Source: Hyphomonadaceae bacterium (GTDB taxonomy: Bacteria; Pseudomonadota; Alphaproteobacteria; Caulobacterales; Hyphomonadaceae). Taken from it: DNA of 64,000 nt. The notes under the pieces were generated by a model. That model was not told the DNA's origin. It saw only the letters and a program-made list of their open reading frames with translations, and ran no database searches. This document shows positions 37,814-47,005 of the stretch, one piece after another. Numbering within the stretch: the stretch's first letter is position 1; every line of letters begins with the position of its first letter. Position numbers and translations under genes: made by a program. Location: positions 4,291 through 68,290 of the forward strand of contig CANJXY010000001.1 in assembly GCA_947478925.1 (NCBI GenBank), written 5' to 3'.

Positions 37814-37878
37814 CCGCTGCCCCCCCCCGTGGCGGACCAACACCTGCCGGCGACGCGGGATCCGCGCTTTCGTTTTCC
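37814..37878 (+). ncRNA. candidate small-RNA 3' module: hairpin with C8 loop plus a weak terminator-like hairpin and U tract
   Basis: Stem 37814-37820 / 37829-37835 (7 bp, including adjacent U-G and G-U pairs that would be A-C/C-A mismatches on the minus RNA) encloses loop CCCCCCCC. Then CGCGG-GAU-CCGCG (37854-37866) is followed by CUUUCGUUUUCC. Confidence 0.3.
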
Positions 37879-38015
37879 GATCGGTAGCTCCGATCATCTC
37901 GGAGATGCCAAACCACGCGGGGCGTCCCGCGTCCCCGGGCCTTCCACCTGATTAGAGACCCCGAACCAAAGCATCGCGGACAGCATCTGCCGGTCCGATT
38001 GCGAACCGACGTCCC

Positions 38016-38864
38016 TCAGCCAGCCGCCTCTAGATCGACAACCCGATAGAACTCCTGATCCCAGAATGTGTAGAGCAGCCAATCCGGAAAGCCGTAGACC
38101 GCCTGCACATAGTGCTCCTGCGACGCATGGATCTTCCAGCCACGAAGCTTTGCGCCGGCATTACCCGGCATTCTGTGGGTCGGGTTCGGCTGGTTGTCCG
38201 CCACAAATTTACCCGTTGCGCCGCCGAATGCGCGCAGGCCGTTGGGCGGCGTAATCACGTAAGCGATCCAGCGCGGCCCATTGTAGCCATCGACAGCAGG
38301 TTGCGATCTCACCTGCTTCGCGGCGGTCTCGGCGACCAACCCCATCCGCATGTGGTCCTTATGGCCGGTCGCGCCGCTCGCGGGCCAGAACGTTACGACC
38401 ATATCGGCCTTGTCGCTTTCAATCTTCGCGACAACGCGCGCGACGATCGCCTGCATCGGAATTTCCGGCACGCCACCGTCGGGATAGTCCCACACCTCCT
38501 GGTCATCGATGCCAAGCGCGAAACCGTTCTTGAGAGCCTCCGCCTTGCGGACAGTTCCGAGGTCCTGCTGGCGCGCGACTCTGGGGACCTGATGGCCTGC
38601 CTCACCCTTTGTGCCCGTGACGAGTGCAGTGAACGCCTTGTCGGTCTCCTTCGCATAGGAGAAGAACCCGGTGACCAGTTGCTCATCGTCGGGATGCGCG
38701 AAGACGCCCAGCACCCGCTTGGCGCCAATGTCACCTACCACAGACGCGACCCCCTTCGCGGTCGGTACCGAGAAATACGTTCGTATGTAGAGCACGCCGG
38801 CAACCAGCACGATTGCGAGCACGCCAACAACGATGCCCGCAAGTAGCGCGATGCGCTTCAACAC
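38016..38864 (-). CDS. PIG-L (LmbE) family deacetylase, N-terminal TM anchor
   Basis: GTG at 38864 is preceded by GGAGGG with 7-nt spacing. LKRIALLAGIVVGVLAIVLVAGVL (TM); VLGVFAHPDDEQL and HKDH motifs. Confidence 0.8.
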   Translation of the reverse strand: MLKRIALLAGIVVGVLAIVLVAGVLYIRTYFSVPTAKGVASVVGDIGAKRVLGVFAHPDDEQLVTGFFSYAKETDKAFTALVTGTKGEAGHQVPRVARQQDLGTVRKAEALKNGFALGIDDQEVWDYPDGGVPEIPMQAIVARVVAKIESDKADMVVTFWPASGATGHKDHMRMGLVAETAAKQVRSQPAVDGYNGPRWIAYVITPPNGLRAFGGATGKFVADNQPNPTHRMPGNAGAKLRGWKIHASQEHYVQAVYGFPDWLLYTFWDQEFYRVVDLEAAG

Positions 38865-39026
38865 TGGTCCACCCTCCCGGCCACTTTCATTCCGCAAACG
38901 GGTAGAACGCGATGCACCGAAGCGCCAGCCGTCACCTCGGAGGCACCAGCTCGATTGCTGAGCGCATGCATCGCCCGCCACGGTGACGCCCCATTCCATG
39001 GTGAGCTTCAGCGAGGGAGATCAGTC

Positions 39027-39620
39027 ATGCGCACAATTCTCGTAGTAACCTCCTTCGCGGCGCTGGCGGCGTGCAGCCCGGCGCCTGTCGAAACCGCTCA
39101 GGCGCCTTTGCAGCCAAACACTTTGACTGTTGCACCAACCAAAGCAGGTGACATCGACGGCTGGGAAATCGACAGGACCGCCTATTCCAGGATCGGAACA
39201 CTGTTCCCCGACTACTTCGTGAGGCAACCAGATGGATCGAACGCGACCCCCGAGGCACTGCGCGGCCACTGGACAATTCTGGGCGTCTGGCCAGATGCAG
39301 GCGCAACCCCGGATGAAGCCAGTTTCGCAACCGCCCTGAGCTCTGCCGCCGATCAGGACCCGGCGCTCGATGTTCTGATTGTTCAAGCAAAGCATGAAGA
39401 CGCTGCGCCCGCGACGCCATCAGCATGGCCGACGCTGATCGATGACGGCACAGTGTCGAAAGCGATCGCAGCGCCTGCCCTTCCCGCCTATCTCCTGATC
39501 GGGCCCGATCTCACAATTGAGGGTTATCGCGGCGCGCTGACTGCAACCCCTGACAACGGCATCAAGTCTGTGATCCAGGGCGTTTCCGAAGTCCGCAAGC
39601 AGATCGCCGCGCCGCAGTAA
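39027..39620 (+). CDS. lipoprotein with thioredoxin-fold-like pattern lacking the CxxC motif
   Basis: ATG at 39027. MRTILVVTSFAALAACSP (lipobox LAAC). RGHWTILGVWPDAGATPDE aligns where TlpA/redoxins carry WCxxC. Confidence 0.55.
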   Translation: MRTILVVTSFAALAACSPAPVETAQAPLQPNTLTVAPTKAGDIDGWEIDRTAYSRIGTLFPDYFVRQPDGSNATPEALRGHWTILGVWPDAGATPDEASFATALSSAADQDPALDVLIVQAKHEDAAPATPSAWPTLIDDGTVSKAIAAPALPAYLLIGPDLTIEGYRGALTATPDNGIKSVIQGVSEVRKQIAAPQ

Positions 39621-39648
39621 GTCCGTCATGCACAACCACAAAACGCGA

Positions 39649-39685
39649 AGAGCCCCACGCGGATCACGCGTGAGGCTCTTTTTGG
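39649..39685 (+). terminator. Rho-independent terminator
   Basis: AGAGCC-C-CACGCG-GAUCA-CGCGUG-A-GGCUCU followed by UUUUGG. Confidence 0.75.
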
Positions 39686-39717
39686 CATGTGCCGGTGTCA
39701 CCCAAGAGAGCGACCAT

Positions 39718-40060
39718 TCAATACGGCTGTTGAAAGCCGTCATCTATCCTTCTGATTTTTTGAACTGACGACTCGACGCGTCCTGGCCAGGTGCGCATCC
39801 GATCGAGCCGGGGTTCTGCCGTCTCCGGCGTACCCAAATAGCTAAGCAGGTGGAGCCTCCATACGATCTCTCCTTGCAGTTTCAACTCGCCCGCCTTGCA
39901 TCGCTCTAAAAACTGTCTGCCAGCCTGCGACACCGGAGCTGCGGAAGCTCAACGGGGAAGCGAATGCTACGCCTTCGCGTCGCACGGTCAACAGACCCTG
40001 CCTGTCACACTCATCACAATCTGCGCGGACGAATCGCGATGCGCATTTGACCAAACGGGC
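39718..40060 (-). pseudogene. probable LysR-type regulator relic (divergent from the AKR pseudogene)
   Basis: Only short ORFs in three frames. One frame reads SQAGRQFLERCKAGELKLQGEIVWRLHLLSYLGTPETAEPRLDRMRTWPGRVESSV, resembling the LysR linker helix and the start of the effector domain (T.AG..FL.R....L......G.LR........L.P.L..F....P.V). The HTH part is unreadable. Confidence 0.3.
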
Positions 40061-40113
40061 GTCGAACCAATATCTGAGCGAACACTCACATGCGATCGCG
40101 GCGAGGCACCCAC

Positions 40114-40985
40114 ATGATCAAGCGAAGAATTGGCAACAGCCGTTCCCTCACCGCCATCGGACTTGGCTGCATGGGAATCTCCTTTACTTACGGACCTGCG
40201 ATGGAAGACGTAGACGCCGTCTCGCTGTTGCATCAAGCTGTCGATCGAGGTGTGGATCACTTCGACACGGTGGAAATGTACGGCCTCGGCCACAGCGAAC
40301 AGATGTTCGGCAAGGCGTTCAACGACCGGCGCGACAAGGGCTTCATCGCCACCAAGTTCGGACCGATGTTCAATCGCGAAACCAGACGGCGCTCGGGCGT
40401 TGATGGGTCCGCCGCCAATGCGAAGAGTACTCTAGAGCAGTCACTGCGCTACTTGCAGACTGACCACGCTGATCTCTGGTGCCTCCACCGCCGCGACTTC
40501 TCGCGTCCGATCGAAGAGACAGTCTCAGCGATGGCTGACGCGGTGAAGGAAGGAAGCTCTGCAGCATTGACCTGTCTGAGGTAACCGCCAAAACCCTGCG
40601 TGCCGCTGCGAAGATGCACCCCATCGCTGCCGTGCAGTCCGAATTCTCGATCTTGACGGGCTTCGTCGACAGCGATTGGATTCTCGACACTTGCGAGGAC
40701 CCAGGCATTACACTTGTTGCCTACTCTCCGCTCGGACGCGGCATGTTCGCCGGCTGGTCGAAAAGCTGGAAGGCCGCTGGTTTCGACTTCCGCGCGACCA
40801 CGACTCCGCGCTTCCAGGGTGAGGCGCCGGAGGCCAACCTCGCGCTTTTGGAGGAAATCCCGAAAGTCGCGACCGACGTCGACGGCTGATCACTTGCTTC
40901 AAAATTCGAGTTTGAACGAGCAGTTGGCACAGTGCCGCCCCCACTTGCTATCCCTGCAGAGTCGCGCTGCGTCGCAGCATGCTAA
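40114..40985 (+). pseudogene. aldo/keto reductase pseudogene
   Basis: N-terminal part is intact (IGLGCMGISFTYG...GVDHFDTVEMYG...GFIATKFG...DLWCLHRRD). The frame is lost near 40553 (GAAGGAAGCTC; one extra A would restore VKEGKLCSIDLSEVTAKTLRAAAKMHPIAAVQSEFS). There is a premature stop at 40887-40889, and the expected C-terminal PIPG region is only recognisable across frames as PPLAIPAESR. Confidence 0.7.
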
Positions 40986-41080
40986 TTCGAATAGGCGGTA
41001 CGGATTCCCGGTTGGCTTCCACAATCGTCGCGTCATAGTCCGCCTGTCAGCGCCCGATAGAGGCGCGTCGGGAGAATGCC

Positions 41081-42505
41081 ATGACCGAAGCGACAATGGG
41101 CGAAGCGTCCACGGTGGAGCCACCTGCGCCATCTGCGCCCATGCCAGTCTCCTACAGGCGATACGCCCTCGCACTTCTCGTCGCGATCTACACCGTCAAT
41201 TTCCTCGATCGTCAGGTCGTCACCCAGCTCATCGAGCCGATCAAGAACGAGCTGAAGCTGGATGACTTCCAGGTCGGAGCGATGGGAGGCCTCTGGTTTG
41301 CTATCCTTTACACCGTGCTCGGCATTCCGATCGCCCGCATCGCTGACAAGGGTGACCGCCCCGCCATCATGACGATCTCGCTCGCCGTCTGGAGTGGCTT
41401 TACGCTGCTAGCAGGAACCGCCTGGAACTTCACAGTGCTCGCGATCAGCCGCATGGGCGTCGGCGTCGGCGAAGCGGGCTGCACGCCGACCGCGCACTCG
41501 CTAATCAGCGACTATTTTCCCAAGGCATCACGTGCGCGGGCGATGGCAATCTATTCGATGGGCATATCCATCGGCTCCCTGCTCGGCATGGCGCTGGGCG
41601 GGATCATCGCCGGTTCATGGGGGTGGCGCGTAGCCTTCCTCGTCGCCGGCGCGCCGGGTCTTGTCCTCGCCGTCCTGACCGCCTTCACGCTTGTCGAACC
41701 GCGCCGGAAGCAGAACTACGTTCGCTCCGCCGCCAGCCCACACATCCCGATCGCCGAAGCGCTCCAGCTGCTCTCGCGCAAGCCCACCTTCTGGCTTCTC
41801 GCGCTTGGCGGCGCCTTCGCGTCGTCTGTGTCCTACTCGCACTCCTTCTTCATCGCGTCTTTCTTCATGCGTAACTACTTCCCCGAAGTGACGATCGCCT
41901 CATCTGGCTTTGGAATGACGCAACTTGGCTATCTCGGTCTCGCCATGGGCCTTGCCGCCGGTATCGGCGGCGTCATCGGCTCGTGGCTGGGCGGATGGTG
42001 GTGCGACAAGTTTGGAGTGAAAGACGCGCGCCAGTTCGTCACGCTCCCGCTCCTCTTCCCGTTCATCAGCCTCCCGGTGTTCTGGTACCTTTGCTCGCTG
42101 CACGACATCAATCTCGCGATGGCTCTGCTGATCATCCCGAACATCGGCGTGGCCATCTGGTACGGCCCGGTCTATGGTGGCGTTCCCGGGCTTGTGCCAC
42201 CCGCCATGCGCGCGACCGCTGCAGCCATATTGCTGTTCGTGATCAACATGATCGGCCTCGGTGGCGGACCTACGATGTTCGGGATGGTCAGCGACATGTT
42301 CGCCAACAACAACCTGCTGGGGACTGGCCTCGACGTTCAGGCCTGCAAGACCATCGCCAAGGAAGCGCCAGAATTCGCGAGCTGTGCGGCTGCTGCTGCG
42401 TCAGGACTCAAGAGCACGATCTACTGGTCGACCTCGGTCACGGGTCTCAGCTTCATCTGCTTCGCGCTCAGCCGCCTCACGATCCGCAAGGATATGGAAA
42501 GCTAG
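41081..42505 (+). CDS. MFS transporter (spinster-like)
   Basis: 474 aa, about 12 predicted TM segments. NFLDRQV, LGIPIARIADKGDR, VGVGEAG. Confidence 0.85.
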   Translation: MTEATMGEASTVEPPAPSAPMPVSYRRYALALLVAIYTVNFLDRQVVTQLIEPIKNELKLDDFQVGAMGGLWFAILYTVLGIPIARIADKGDRPAIMTISLAVWSGFTLLAGTAWNFTVLAISRMGVGVGEAGCTPTAHSLISDYFPKASRARAMAIYSMGISIGSLLGMALGGIIAGSWGWRVAFLVAGAPGLVLAVLTAFTLVEPRRKQNYVRSAASPHIPIAEALQLLSRKPTFWLLALGGAFASSVSYSHSFFIASFFMRNYFPEVTIASSGFGMTQLGYLGLAMGLAAGIGGVIGSWLGGWWCDKFGVKDARQFVTLPLLFPFISLPVFWYLCSLHDINLAMALLIIPNIGVAIWYGPVYGGVPGLVPPAMRATAAAILLFVINMIGLGGGPTMFGMVSDMFANNNLLGTGLDVQACKTIAKEAPEFASCAAAAASGLKSTIYWSTSVTGLSFICFALSRLTIRKDMES

Positions 42506-42789
42506 GGAGCTGTCGTTCGTCCTCGCAGCGCGGGCGTCTCGGCGGACGCAGTTCGGTCAGTCGCAACCGACTCTACGCACAAGTCGTATTCCCTGCGCAT
42601 CAGCGCTTGGGTTTCCGCTGGCTTACCCGCCAACCTGTCCCGGCTGTAGTTCGTCATCTCGGCGCAGGCCTTTTCGGCCTCGCTCTGCATCAAAGACTTC
42701 GTGGGTTCAGCCGGACCATCAGCGGCCTGTTGCGGCGCGCCGCAAGCAGCCAGCGCCACGGCCAACGCCCCCATCCCTGCAAACCGCAT
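42502..42789 (-). CDS. small lipoprotein, function unknown
   Basis: MRFAGMGALAVALAACGAP (lipobox LAAC), two further Cys. Its stop overlaps the MFS stop (CTAG). Confidence 0.55.
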   Translation of the reverse strand: MRFAGMGALAVALAACGAPQQAADGPAEPTKSLMQSEAEKACAEMTNYSRDRLAGKPAETQALMRREYDLCVESVATDRTASAETPALRGRTTAP

Positions 42790-42896
42790 GACTTCCGCCT
42801 CACAACACTTCCGCGCAGCAGCTTAACCCGGCAGTGCTCAACGGTCCGTCAACGCCACCACTTGATTGCAAATGCAACAAGAGCCAGATAATCCCT

Positions 42897-43703
42897 ATGC
42901 TGCCTGCAATCTTCGTCTCACACGGCTCTCCCATGCTTGCCCTCGAACAGGCGGAAGCGCGGGATTTCCTGAAGCGCTTGCCTGCCCTCTTGCCGGAGCG
43001 ACCCAAGGCCATCCTGATGATCTCCGCCCACTGGGAGCGTTTGCGCCCTGCCGTGAACGCACCTGCGCAGCTCGAAACCATCCACGATTTTGGCGGCTTC
43101 CCCGCCGCGCTGTTCGAAATGCAGTATCCCGCCCCATCCTCCTCCGAGCTCGCCGATCGCGTCGTCAGCCTGCTGTCCGCTGGCGGCTTACCGACCGACA
43201 TCGACACCCACCGCGGCCTCGATCATGGCGCGTGGGTGCCTCTGGTTGTCGCCTGGCCCGATGCCGACATCCCAATTGTGCAGTTGTCGGTCCAGACCCA
43301 CCTCGGACCCGAACACCATTACCGGCTCGGCCGGTTGCTCGGTCCCCTTCGCGAAGAGGGCGTGTTGATCATCGGCTCAGGAAGCTTCACCCACGACCTG
43401 TCCAGCTTCCGCGTATCGAGTGGTCGTATCGACGCGCCCGAGCAGGACTGGGTTCATTCTTTCGCGGAATGGATGGTTTCAGCGCTGGAGGATGGCCGCG
43501 TAGACGATCTCTTGAACTATCGCGCCCGTGCACCGGAAGCAGCCCATAACCACCCGACGGAAGAGCACCTCTTGCCTCTCTACGTCGCGCTTGGCGCGGG
43601 GGCCGGCGGTGTTGAGCACCTACACCAGAGCACGACCTACGGCATTCTCCGTATGGACGCATTCGCGTTCGGCGCTGCGGGCGGAATCACCAACATCCTC
43701 TGA
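42897..43703 (+). CDS. class III extradiol dioxygenase (4,5-DOPA dioxygenase / YgiD-like)
   Basis: ATG at 42897. MLPAIFVSHGSPMLAL, ILMISAHWE, DHGAWVPL, IGSGSFTHDL, NHPTEEHLLPLYVALGA. Confidence 0.8.
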   Translation: MLPAIFVSHGSPMLALEQAEARDFLKRLPALLPERPKAILMISAHWERLRPAVNAPAQLETIHDFGGFPAALFEMQYPAPSSSELADRVVSLLSAGGLPTDIDTHRGLDHGAWVPLVVAWPDADIPIVQLSVQTHLGPEHHYRLGRLLGPLREEGVLIIGSGSFTHDLSSFRVSSGRIDAPEQDWVHSFAEWMVSALEDGRVDDLLNYRARAPEAAHNHPTEEHLLPLYVALGAGAGGVEHLHQSTTYGILRMDAFAFGAAGGITNIL

Positions 43704-43768
43704 TTCCGGACTGAGTATCGCGCCTGCTTCGGCCATCGTGCGCCGAAGCCAGCAAGGCTCGCGGTCAC

Positions 43769-44854
43769 ATGATGTCGCCGTCCCATCCAACCGGCCTCCT
43801 TCACGAGTGCAATGCGCCCCACCACAACCGCGTTGGCCTCGTCGACCTGATTTTCGATCTCGTCTTCGCCATCACGCAGGCTTCTCATCACCTGCTGTAC
43901 CACCCGACGCTCGAATGTGCAGAACAGGCACAGCTCCTGTTGCTGGACGTCTGGACGGTCTGGGTCGACACAACGTAGGCCACGAACCGGATCGATTGCG
44001 ATCGGGTCCCGGCGCACCTGATGCTCTTTGGCCTCATGGTCGGCGGGGGGCTTCTGGTTTCTTCGTCTATCCCGGAGGCTATCGAGCAAGACGGTCTGGC
44101 TTTCGCTATCGCTTGAGCCCCCACGCAGGTCGGGCGCTCTCTGTGCACGCTCTACGCCCCGAAGGACGGCCCCACGAACGAGCGCATCAACTTTGTGCGC
44201 CTTAGATCTGACTGACTGCAGCTGCTGCGCTGTGGATTGAAGCCGGGCTCTCAGAGGGCAAAGTGCTCTGGGGGGGTCTGGATCGCCGCCATCTGCGTCG
44301 ATCTCGGAGGACTCTGGTTTGCGTTCCGCTTGCCGGGAGTTAGCGCCTTGAGCACCGCAGATCGGACCGTTGACCCCGGGCATAGGGTCGAACGCTGCGG
44401 CCTCTCCGGCATCATCGCGCTCGGCGAGTCCATCATTGTAACAGGCGCGACCTTCGCCAAGCTGCGGTGGACACCCGAAGTCTGCAGCCCATTTGGTTCG
44501 ACCTTCGTCGCTACGGGTGCAATGTGGTGGGTCTACTTTGTGCTGAGCGCCGAAGCGGCGATAGAAGCGTTTGCCCACCACAAAGACCGCGGCGAAGTCG
44601 CACGGGCCGGCGACGCGTTCGGACATCTGCCCATCGTCGCCGGGATCGTCGCAACTAAGTCGGACACGATGACGCTTACCCAACCGATTGGCAACATCAC
44701 GGACGCCGCGCTGGCTGTCACGTTGGCGGGGCCGGCGCTCTTTCTGGTTGGCGCGGGCCAATTCTGCCGGCCGGTGTTGAGTAACCCGCCGATCTCGTCC
44801 GCGGGCGGCATCGTGCTGCTGGCAGGTCTCCGGATGCTTGGCCCGTTCGTATAG
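43769..44854 (+). pseudogene. low temperature requirement protein A (LtrA) family gene interrupted by three in-frame stop codons
   Basis: A single reading frame carries NRVGLVDLIFDLVFAITQASHHLL...LLLLDVWTVWVDTT*ATNRID...LAFAIA*APTQVGRS...RLRSD*LQLL...GHRVERCGLSGIIALGESIIVTG...WWVYF. Stops are TAG 43976-43978, TGA 44114-44116 and TGA 44213-44215. No frameshift. Confidence 0.75.
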
Positions 44855-45062
44855 CCAATCTGGCTAAACCTCAGCTCAAGGGCGAGGATGGTTTGCGTGG
44901 CTGCATGGGAAAGCCTGGCACAAAGACGCGAGCAGGCCGTCGCCTGAGGGGTGCGCGACATCGCGTATGCCGCAGACGGCTTGTTGACCCGGGTGGGGAT
45001 GGACTATTTCTGTCTGGAAACGACCGGAAGCCATCCGGCCCGACCGACAACAGGCAGGAAAC

Positions 45063-45893
45063 ATGACGCCCCTAGCAGCCCCGCACCTTTCGCTTTTCCG
45101 ACGTTCAGCTTTCGGCCTTGCGGCCGTCGCAGCGACCTTCCTGTCCGCATGCGCCAGCATGTCGAACACCAGCCAGAAGGGCGGGCCTGACGTCGGCCTG
45201 TATGAGCTGCGGACATACACCGCTTCGCCGGGCAAGATGGCGGCGCTCGATGCCCGCTTCCGCGACCACACGATCAGCCTGTTCAAGCGCCACGGCATGA
45301 CGCCCATCGCGTTCTTCCATGTCTACACCCCGCCGGGGCAGCCTGCTGATGACCGCCTGGTTTACCTTATGGGCTACAAGGACCGTGCCACGCGCGATGC
45401 TGAATGGGCTTCGTTCGCAGCTGATCCGGAATGGAAACAGGCCTATGCCGACAGCCAGAAGGATGGCTCGCTGACCAGCAAGATCGAGAACATCTTCCTC
45501 AATGCCACGGACTATTCGCCCAAGCTCGACGTGAGGTCGGCGGGCAGTCCGCGCCATTTTGAGCTCCGCACGTATACCGCGAACGCAGGGAAGCTCGAGA
45601 ACGTCCACACCCGCTTCCGCGAGCACACCACTAGCATTTTCTCGCGCATTGGGATGACGAACTTCATGTACTGGCGCCCGGTCGCAGATCAACCTGCGCT
45701 GGACAACAAGATGGTCTACATGCTCGCCTATCCTACCCCCGCCGCCCGCACGACGATGTGGCAAGCGTTCTCTGCCGATACTGAGTGGGTGAAGGTGCGC
45801 AACGAGAGCGAAAAGAACGGGCCGCTGCTGGTCTCCCAGGGCGGTGTTGTCTCGGTCCAGCTCACGCCAACCGACTACTCGCCCCTTAAATAG
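45063..45893 (+). CDS. NIPSNAP family protein (two NIPSNAP repeats), lipoprotein signal
   Basis: LAAVAATFLSACAS. YELRTYTASPGKMAALDARFRDHTISLFKRHGM and FELRTYTANAGKLENVHTRFREHTTSIFSRIGM repeats. Confidence 0.8.
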   Translation: MTPLAAPHLSLFRRSAFGLAAVAATFLSACASMSNTSQKGGPDVGLYELRTYTASPGKMAALDARFRDHTISLFKRHGMTPIAFFHVYTPPGQPADDRLVYLMGYKDRATRDAEWASFAADPEWKQAYADSQKDGSLTSKIENIFLNATDYSPKLDVRSAGSPRHFELRTYTANAGKLENVHTRFREHTTSIFSRIGMTNFMYWRPVADQPALDNKMVYMLAYPTPAARTTMWQAFSADTEWVKVRNESEKNGPLLVSQGGVVSVQLTPTDYSPLK

Positions 45894-45927
45894 TCCGGAG
45901 CGTTCCGGGTCGGGCTTTGGCTACCTC

Positions 45928-45964
45928 TTGCAGTTTGTTGCATATGCAACTAAATAAGCTGCAA
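45928..45964 (+). promoter_or_regulatory. candidate sigma70-type promoter with an operator palindrome filling the spacer (upstream of pirin)
   Basis: TTGCAG (45928-45933), 17 nt, TAAATA (45951-45956). The spacer contains the perfect 14-bp palindrome GTTGCATATGCAAC (45937-45950). TTGCA/TGCAA half-sites also occur at 45928 and 45960. Confidence 0.4.
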
Positions 45965-45987
45965 CACAGTAACCGATGGAGATCCCA

Positions 45988-46686
45988 ATGATCGAAGTCC
46001 GACCCTTTTCCGGCCTTGGCGGAGCCAATCATGGCTGGCTCGACGCCCATCACCACTTCTCGTTCGCGGAATACTACGATCCCAAGCGCATGAGCTGGGG
46101 CAGGCTGCGCGTCTGGAATGATGACGTAATCGCCCCCAAATCCGGCTTTCCGCCTCATCCTCACCGCGATATGGAAATCATCACCTACGTCCGCACCGGC
46201 GCGATCACCCATCAAGACTCGATGGGCAACAAAGGCCGCACCGCCGCTGGCGATGTGCAGGTCATGTCGGCCGGTAATGGTGTGCGTCACGCAGAGTATA
46301 ATCTGGAGGATGAGAGCACGACCCTGTTCCAGATCTGGATCGAGCCCGATCGCGCTGGCGGTCAGCCAGACTGGGGCGCGAAGCAGTTTCCGAAATCGGA
46401 TCGTTCTGGCCAGTGGTCGATCCTCGCGTCCGGAAAGGGCGATGATGGTGCGCTGGACATCCGGGCAGATGCGCGAGTCGCAGGGGCGACATTGAATGTA
46501 GGCGAAGAACTCGCGTGGGAAACCGAACCCCACCGCCACGTTTATGCGGTCGCCGCGACGGGAGTTATCGAGGTCGACGGCCAACGCGCCAACGCCCGGG
46601 ACGGTGTGGCGATCACCGGTTCATCGCGCGTGGTCTTCCGGACCGTTGAAGGCCCCGCCGAAATCGTACTGACCGATACGCTCTAG
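45988..46686 (+). CDS. pirin family protein
   Basis: ATG at 45988 has GGAG 6 nt upstream; ATG 45976 is also possible. GWLDAHHHFSFA, GFPPHPHRDMEIITYV, MSAGNGVRHAEYN. Confidence 0.85.
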   Translation: MIEVRPFSGLGGANHGWLDAHHHFSFAEYYDPKRMSWGRLRVWNDDVIAPKSGFPPHPHRDMEIITYVRTGAITHQDSMGNKGRTAAGDVQVMSAGNGVRHAEYNLEDESTTLFQIWIEPDRAGGQPDWGAKQFPKSDRSGQWSILASGKGDDGALDIRADARVAGATLNVGEELAWETEPHRHVYAVAATGVIEVDGQRANARDGVAITGSSRVVFRTVEGPAEIVLTDTL

Positions 46687-46765
46687 CGCGCTGCGCCGCA
46701 CCATTCTCCTTCGATCCGAACTCGGCTAGCTTGGCCGTGCCGGGTTGAAAGGGATTTGCGTCGCG

Positions 46766-47005
46766 ATGAAAAAAGTTCTGTTCCTGACTCTCATTCTTGC
46801 GTCAGCCCCACTCCTGTCGGGCTGCCTTGTCGCCGAAGTTGCCGGGGCGGCCGTTGGCCTGACCGCGACCGCGGTTGGCGCTGTCGGCGGCGCAGCCGTC
46901 GATCTTGTCACGACCGATGACAAGGAGCGGCAGGCGCAGGAAAATGAGCGGCTCAAGAAAGAGAACGAAGAGCTTCGCCGCCAGCAGGCCTCAGCCCAGC
47001 ATTAG
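46766..47005 (+). CDS. small lipoprotein with Gly/Ala-zipper segment and charged coiled-coil tail
   Basis: ATG at 46766. MKKVLFLTLILASAPLLSGC (lipobox LSGC), AGAAVGLTATAVGAVGGAAV, DDKERQAQENERLKKENEELRRQQ. Confidence 0.55.
   Translation: MKKVLFLTLILASAPLLSGCLVAEVAGAAVGLTATAVGAVGGAAVDLVTTDDKERQAQENERLKKENEELRRQQASAQH

Noticed and set aside
37754-37951. 65-aa plus ORF and 60-aa minus ORF (37715..37897) in the convergent intergenic region
   Set aside because: Pro/Arg-rich, no RBS, and they span the hairpins. An RNA-level function is more plausible.
43976-44215. In-frame TGA/TAG codons in the LtrA gene considered as selenocysteine, pyrrolysine or programmed readthrough
   Set aside because: Two different stop codons are involved. 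I could see no SECIS-like hairpin after the TGAs, and the family is not known to use recoding. Pseudogene is the simpler reading.
43637-44761. 374-aa minus-strand ORF across the LtrA locus
   Set aside because: Arg/Asp-rich with no motifs. The plus frame shows clear LtrA signatures despite the stops.
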